Below, piece by piece: positions 59,801 through 64,000 of a stretch of 64,000 nt of DNA; position 1 is the first letter of the stretch, and each line of letters begins with the position of its first letter. Under the pieces are notes generated by a model. It saw nothing but the letters and a program-made list of their open reading frames with translations. It had not been told where the DNA came from and did not search any database. The stretch is from Macrostomum hystrix (taxonomy: Eukaryota; Animalia; Platyhelminthes). The position numbers and the translations under genes are program-made. The stretch spans positions 992,001-1,056,000 of the forward strand of contig CATNEN010000002.1 in assembly GCA_950097015.1 (NCBI GenBank), written 5' to 3'.

Positions 59801-62800
59801 CCAAGTCGTGAGCCTTTCAAGAATTTTAAGATTAAAATTAAAATTATGGCATCATGGCACAAAAAAACTCACTCGATAACTCCGCAGCCAGGATTCGTAG
59901 CCACAACTTTGTACGGATAGAGGAAGAGGTCCAACCCGATCTGGCGGTAGATATTCTGAAATAGGCCGATCACCTGCAGGGCCAGAATGTCCTGTCTAAC
60001 ATCGTCACCAACCTTGAAGATGCAGGCCATCATAGGGTCCGGCTGCTGCTGCTGCTGCTCTTGCTGCAGTTCGGATTCTGAAGTTAGAGCCAGACTTTCA
60101 ACCTTGCGAATTCCAATGCGCCTCACTCGAAATCTGGCTAGAAAAGGAGCTTTGGCAGCGCTCTGCATCGGAATGCCGGATGTGTAATCGATTTCAGTCA
60201 CCAACGCATCCGGGTTAGTTGGCAGGTAACAGCCTGTGCGCAGTTGGACTTCGCGCAGAGCCCGACGACATGCTTCGCGACGACGCTCGCCCTTCTCGTA
60301 GTCTTTTATGATGGCGGAGATGTTGGTCACTTCGGAGAAGAAGGCAAACTCGCGATCATAGAAGCTCCTGGATATGGGTAGGCAGATGTACATAGGGGTA
60401 AGCGAGGCGGAGGGGTGGATCTGGCTAGCGGGTGTACATAGGGGTAAGAGAGGCGAAAGGGTATATCTGGCTAGCGGGTGTACATAAGGGTAAGAGAGGC
60501 GGAGGGGTATATCTGGCTAGCGGATGTACACAGGGGTAAGAGAGCCGAAAGGGTATATCTGGCTAGCGGGTGTACATAGAAGTAAACGAGGCGGAGGGGT
60601 GGATCTGGCTAGCGGATGTACATAGGGGTAAGCGAGGCGGAGGGGTGGATCTGGCTAGCGGATGTACACAGGGGTAAGAGAGGCGGAGGGTTGGAACTGT
60701 CTGCCGTTTGTGTGCGTACATATAACAAAAATACAAAAAAATATTTATAAGAAACTTTGAAACATTTCTTACCTGGAGTTACCATCCAACTGACCGATAA
60801 TTTGATCCATCAGTTTGAGCAGATTAGCTCCTATCGCAGGATCAATAACTTTGCCTTCGTCATCTTTGTAAGCGTTGGTCTGCATATTCCACAGCAGTTG
60901 GTGAGCGCAGAGCTGAGACCGTTTAGCCAGGTTGAGAATGAACTCGGTCATGTAGCCCATCTGGTCATAGCGAACCGCCTGAACCATCTGTGGTATGTAG
61001 AAGATCATAGCCTCAGGTGGGTAGGAAGCCAGTGTGCGCACAGCGTACTGATGCGTCAGCGGGTGGGCGGCGTACATTCTGCTGAAGAATGCCAAAGCGT
61101 CCACTGGGCTGACCGGAGCCCAGGTGAGTATGTGCGTCAATTCCGGAACGTCGTTATCAACGTTGCTTGGCGTGGCTAAGAATTGAAGGGCTTCTGGAAC
61201 ACTGTTCACGAAGTCCGGGTTGCAACGGACAAGGCGGCATACCTGAAGGTTAAATGAACTCCATTTCTAACTGATGTGGTTTTTTACAGTGACTTTATAC
61301 AAAATGAGTTTATTTTACATAAATGTGCTTTCGTAGAAAATTTTATCTCCCTCTATTTCTACGAAAATGGGATTTTCCACGAAAATTGAATTTTCTACGA
61401 AAATGGGATTTTCTACGAAAATGGGATTTTCTACGAAAATGGGATTTTCTACGAAAATGGGATTTTCTACGAAAATGGGATTTTCTACGAAAATGGGATT
61501 TTCTACGAAAATGGGATTTTCTACGAAAATGGGATTTTCTACGAAAATGGGATTTTCTACGAAAATGGGATTTTCTGCGAAAATGGGATTCTCTACGAAA
61601 ATGGGATTTTCTACGAAAATGGGATTTTCTACGAAAACACCAACCTCAGTAAGCAGCTCGGTGGAGTTAGGAAACCTTAGCGGCAGGAACACTGCCAGTA
61701 CAGGATTAACTCGCCAGGCAAGGCTAGCATAGGCTCGCATCTCCTTCTGCTTGAGAGTCTGCTTGGACAGGAAATCGTTTAGCTTGGCCTCCTTATCTGT
61801 CGGGAACGCCTGATCCTGCCTGGCGATGGGGTTGCACCAGGTGATGAGGCGCTCAATTTCGTTAGTTACTAACAGTAGTATGAGCTGGCGCCGACGCAGA
61901 TACTCCTTGGTGACGGTGTTGGACGATTGGGTGCCAATTCCAGCAGTGGAGGCGGCGCCGGAGTGTCCGCCGACATGGCCGACGCCGCTGCCGGGACCAC
62001 CTGCTGTGCCGAGCGTGACTGAGCCGTCGCGTACAACGGCAAGACGACTGGCGCCAGAGGCTGCGCCAGTTCGGCCGAGAGTTGACGAACCCGTGACTGT
62101 CATTATGTTTGTGAAGCCGCCAGATGTTGACAATGAATAGCCGTGATGCCCGGAGCCGCCTGAACTGGAGGCGGCGGCTGCCGCGGCTGCAGCCGACAGT
62201 CGCTCGTCAAATCTGTGCACCGTGGCGGTGGCGTCGAACCGACTGGAGGCGGCCCGACTGGAGGTGCCGATGCCGACAGCGCTGCCGCCGGAGCTGCTGA
62301 TGGGGCCGCCGCCGACGCCCTGGCTGACACCGCCGCCGCTGGCATGCAGCGTCAGGGCGGTCATCGCCTGGCTCTCCAGGCCGCCCTCGAGCGATTTCTT
62401 CTCGACCTGCAGGCCGAATTTGAGAATGATTTTGAGCAATGGAAACATGAATAAACTGGCAATGGACAAATCATAAGTTGCTCATTATTGGTCTTTCTAC
62501 TGTTAACGGCAATGCTAAGACAACTAAAATGAGCAATCTACGAGTAGATTAGACAATGACTCAGGCGCACTACTCAGCTCACCAGCATATTTTCGAAGAA
62601 GTCAATCAGGGCCAGCACATCATTGCGCAACTGCCAGCCGTACTGAGCTGGGAAGCTCGGCCGCCTAGTGAAATGCTTCAAAGCGCAGGCGTAGACTTTG
62701 TCGCGCAGGACGGCCTTAGCAACTGGTTGGAGACGGCCGCTAGCCTGGATCACCACCAGGCCCATCCACAGTAGGCGAAACAGTACTCCAGTGGCGGCTA

Positions 62801-63032
62801 TGTGCTTTGATACGAATGGCAACGAGCGGGTCAGCATGTTGGCCACTAGGGACACTCGCTCAGTGCTAATGTATTTGAAAGCGGTCAGCTGTTCGCTGAG
62901 GAAGCCGACCCAGATCCGATGCGGCTCCACGTCTGGCACAGTCTGGCTGAGCCGATAATCTTCGCAGAACACTAGCGGCGTGGGATCCGGCTTGGTCTTG
63001 GTGAACAGGCCGATGCGGCGTTCGGCGCTCAC
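56825..63032 (-). CDS. PI4KA: Phosphatidylinositol 4-kinase alpha, last six exons (931 aa); the gene continues beyond the window end
   Basis: join(62583..63032,61645..62406,60773..61242,59873..60367,59310..59685,56825..57067), 2796 nt with consistent phases. Motifs [101 protein letters not shown]. Confidence 0.97.
57535..59205. repeat. Intronic 20-bp satellite ACATTAGTAGATTCGTAGAT (~80 copies), preceded by a degenerate GGCAGGGTAGATTGAAAGGTA array (~57075-57260)
   Basis: Tandem copies filling the last PI4KA intron. Confidence 0.97.
59700..59815 (-). mobile_element. SINE family A head remnant with a ~50-bp tandem duplication
   Basis: The reverse complement GGCTCACGACTTGGAGGTTGGGGGTTCGATTC matches the family A head. 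The block AGTTGGATTCGG...CCCCCAACCTCCA occurs twice. Confidence 0.6.
60385..60695 (+). repeat. Intronic 46-bp minisatellite (~6-7 copies), inverted relative to the array at 63119
   Basis: AGGGGTAAG(C/A)GAGGCGGAGGGGTGGATCTGGCTAGCG.(G/A)TGTACA is the reverse complement of the 63119 unit. Confidence 0.9.
61360..61640. repeat. Intronic 18-bp minisatellite TTTTCTACGAAAATGGGA (~15 copies)
   Basis: Tandem copies beginning at the exon donor; each unit holds a TTTTC-TAC-GAAAA hairpin. Confidence 0.95.
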
Positions 63033-63118
63033 CTGTCAATTTTTCGGCAACTAAACTTTTGAACTTACTTTGTTCGATAAGACCAGATGGGCAAGATGAC
63101 AGAGTTCATTGTCAACCT

Positions 63119-64000
63119 ATGTACACTCGCTAGCCAGATCCACCCCTCCGCCTCTCTTACCCCTGTGTACACTCGCTAGCCAGATCCACCCCTCCGCCTC
63201 TCTTACCCCTGTGTACACTCGCTAGCCAGATCCACCCCTCCGCCTCTCTTACCCCAGTGTACACTCGCTAGCCAGATCCACCCCTCCGCCTCTCTTACCC
63301 CAGTGTACACTCGCTAGCCAGATCCACCCCTCCGCCTCTCTTACCCCTGTGTACACTCGCTAGCCAGATCCACCCCTCCGCCTCTCTTACCCCTGTGTAC
63401 ACTCGCTAGCCAGATCCACCCCTCCGCCTCTCTTACCCCTGTGTACACTCGCTAGCCAGATCCACCCCTCCGCCTCTCTTACCCCTGTGTACACTCGCTA
63501 GCCAGATCCACCCCTCCGCCTCTCTTACCCCTGTGTACACTCGCTAGCCAGATCCACCCCTCCGCCTCTCTTACCCCTGTGTACACTCGCTAGCCAGATC
63601 CACCCCTCCGCCTCTCTTACCCCCGTGTACACTCGCTAGCCAGATCCACCCCTCCGCCTCTCTTACCCCTGTGTACACTCGCTAGCCAGATCCACCCCTC
63701 CGCCTCTCTTACCCCTGTGTACACTCGCTAGCCAGATCCACCCCTCCGCCTCTCTTACCCCTGTGTACACTCGCTAGCCAGATCCACCCCTCCGCCTCTC
63801 TTACCCCTGTGTACGTGTATAACCGCTAGCAAGATAAACCCTTTCGCCTCACTTACCCCTGTGTACATCCGCTAGCCAAATATATCCTTTCGCCTCCTTA
63901 CCTCTATGTACACCCGCCAGCCAGATATACCCTTTCGATTCTCTTATCCCTACGTACACCTGCTAGCCAGATCCACCCCTCCGCCTCTCTTACCCCTATG
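63119..64000 (-). repeat. Intronic 46-bp minisatellite GTGTACACTCGCTAGCCAGATCCACCCCTCCGCCTCTCTTACCCCT (~15 near-identical copies, then degenerate)
   Basis: Tandem copies running to the window end. Confidence 0.95.

Noticed and set aside
61315-61644. (FVENPI)n C-terminal extension of the 384-aa PI4KA ORF
   Set aside because: It is read-through past a phase-0 donor at 61645 into an intronic 18-bp array; the conserved protein continues at 61242.

Overview
Eukaryotic (animal) genomic DNA with GT-AG introns, and no prokaryotic systems or CRISPR arrays. I could assemble 11 protein-coding genes or gene parts, all on the minus strand. In transcription order they are: the 3' part of PI4KA, EBP2, an FKBP4/5-type immunophilin with a degenerate PPIase site, two tandem gp130/Domeless-like type I cytokine receptors, an unrecognised alpha-helical protein, V-ATPase subunit c, MRPL55, an orphan of about 496 aa, a thyroglobulin-1/SEA proteoglycan-like gene, and the first exon of another unknown gene. 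Most longer introns and intergenic gaps hold their own minisatellite (units of 11-63 bp), and these arrays generate most of the long ORFs in the supplied track. Mobile elements include tRNA-derived SINEs (one family CORE-like), a triple-nested hAT-MITE/solo-LTR/hAT-MITE stack, Helitron-like elements carrying satellites, a MULE-like foldback element and a decayed gypsy retrotransposon. The minisatellite-filled introns, Ala-rich GC-rich exons and acceptor sites just before start codons resemble a free-living flatworm such as Macrostomum; that assignment is inference only. Highlights are the cytokine receptor pair, which shares one ~99% identical WSxWS-type exon while the other exons are strongly diverged, and the fully co-oriented, possibly trans-spliced or operon-like gene run. 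All exon models were built by hand from splice sites and phase continuity; no database search was run.
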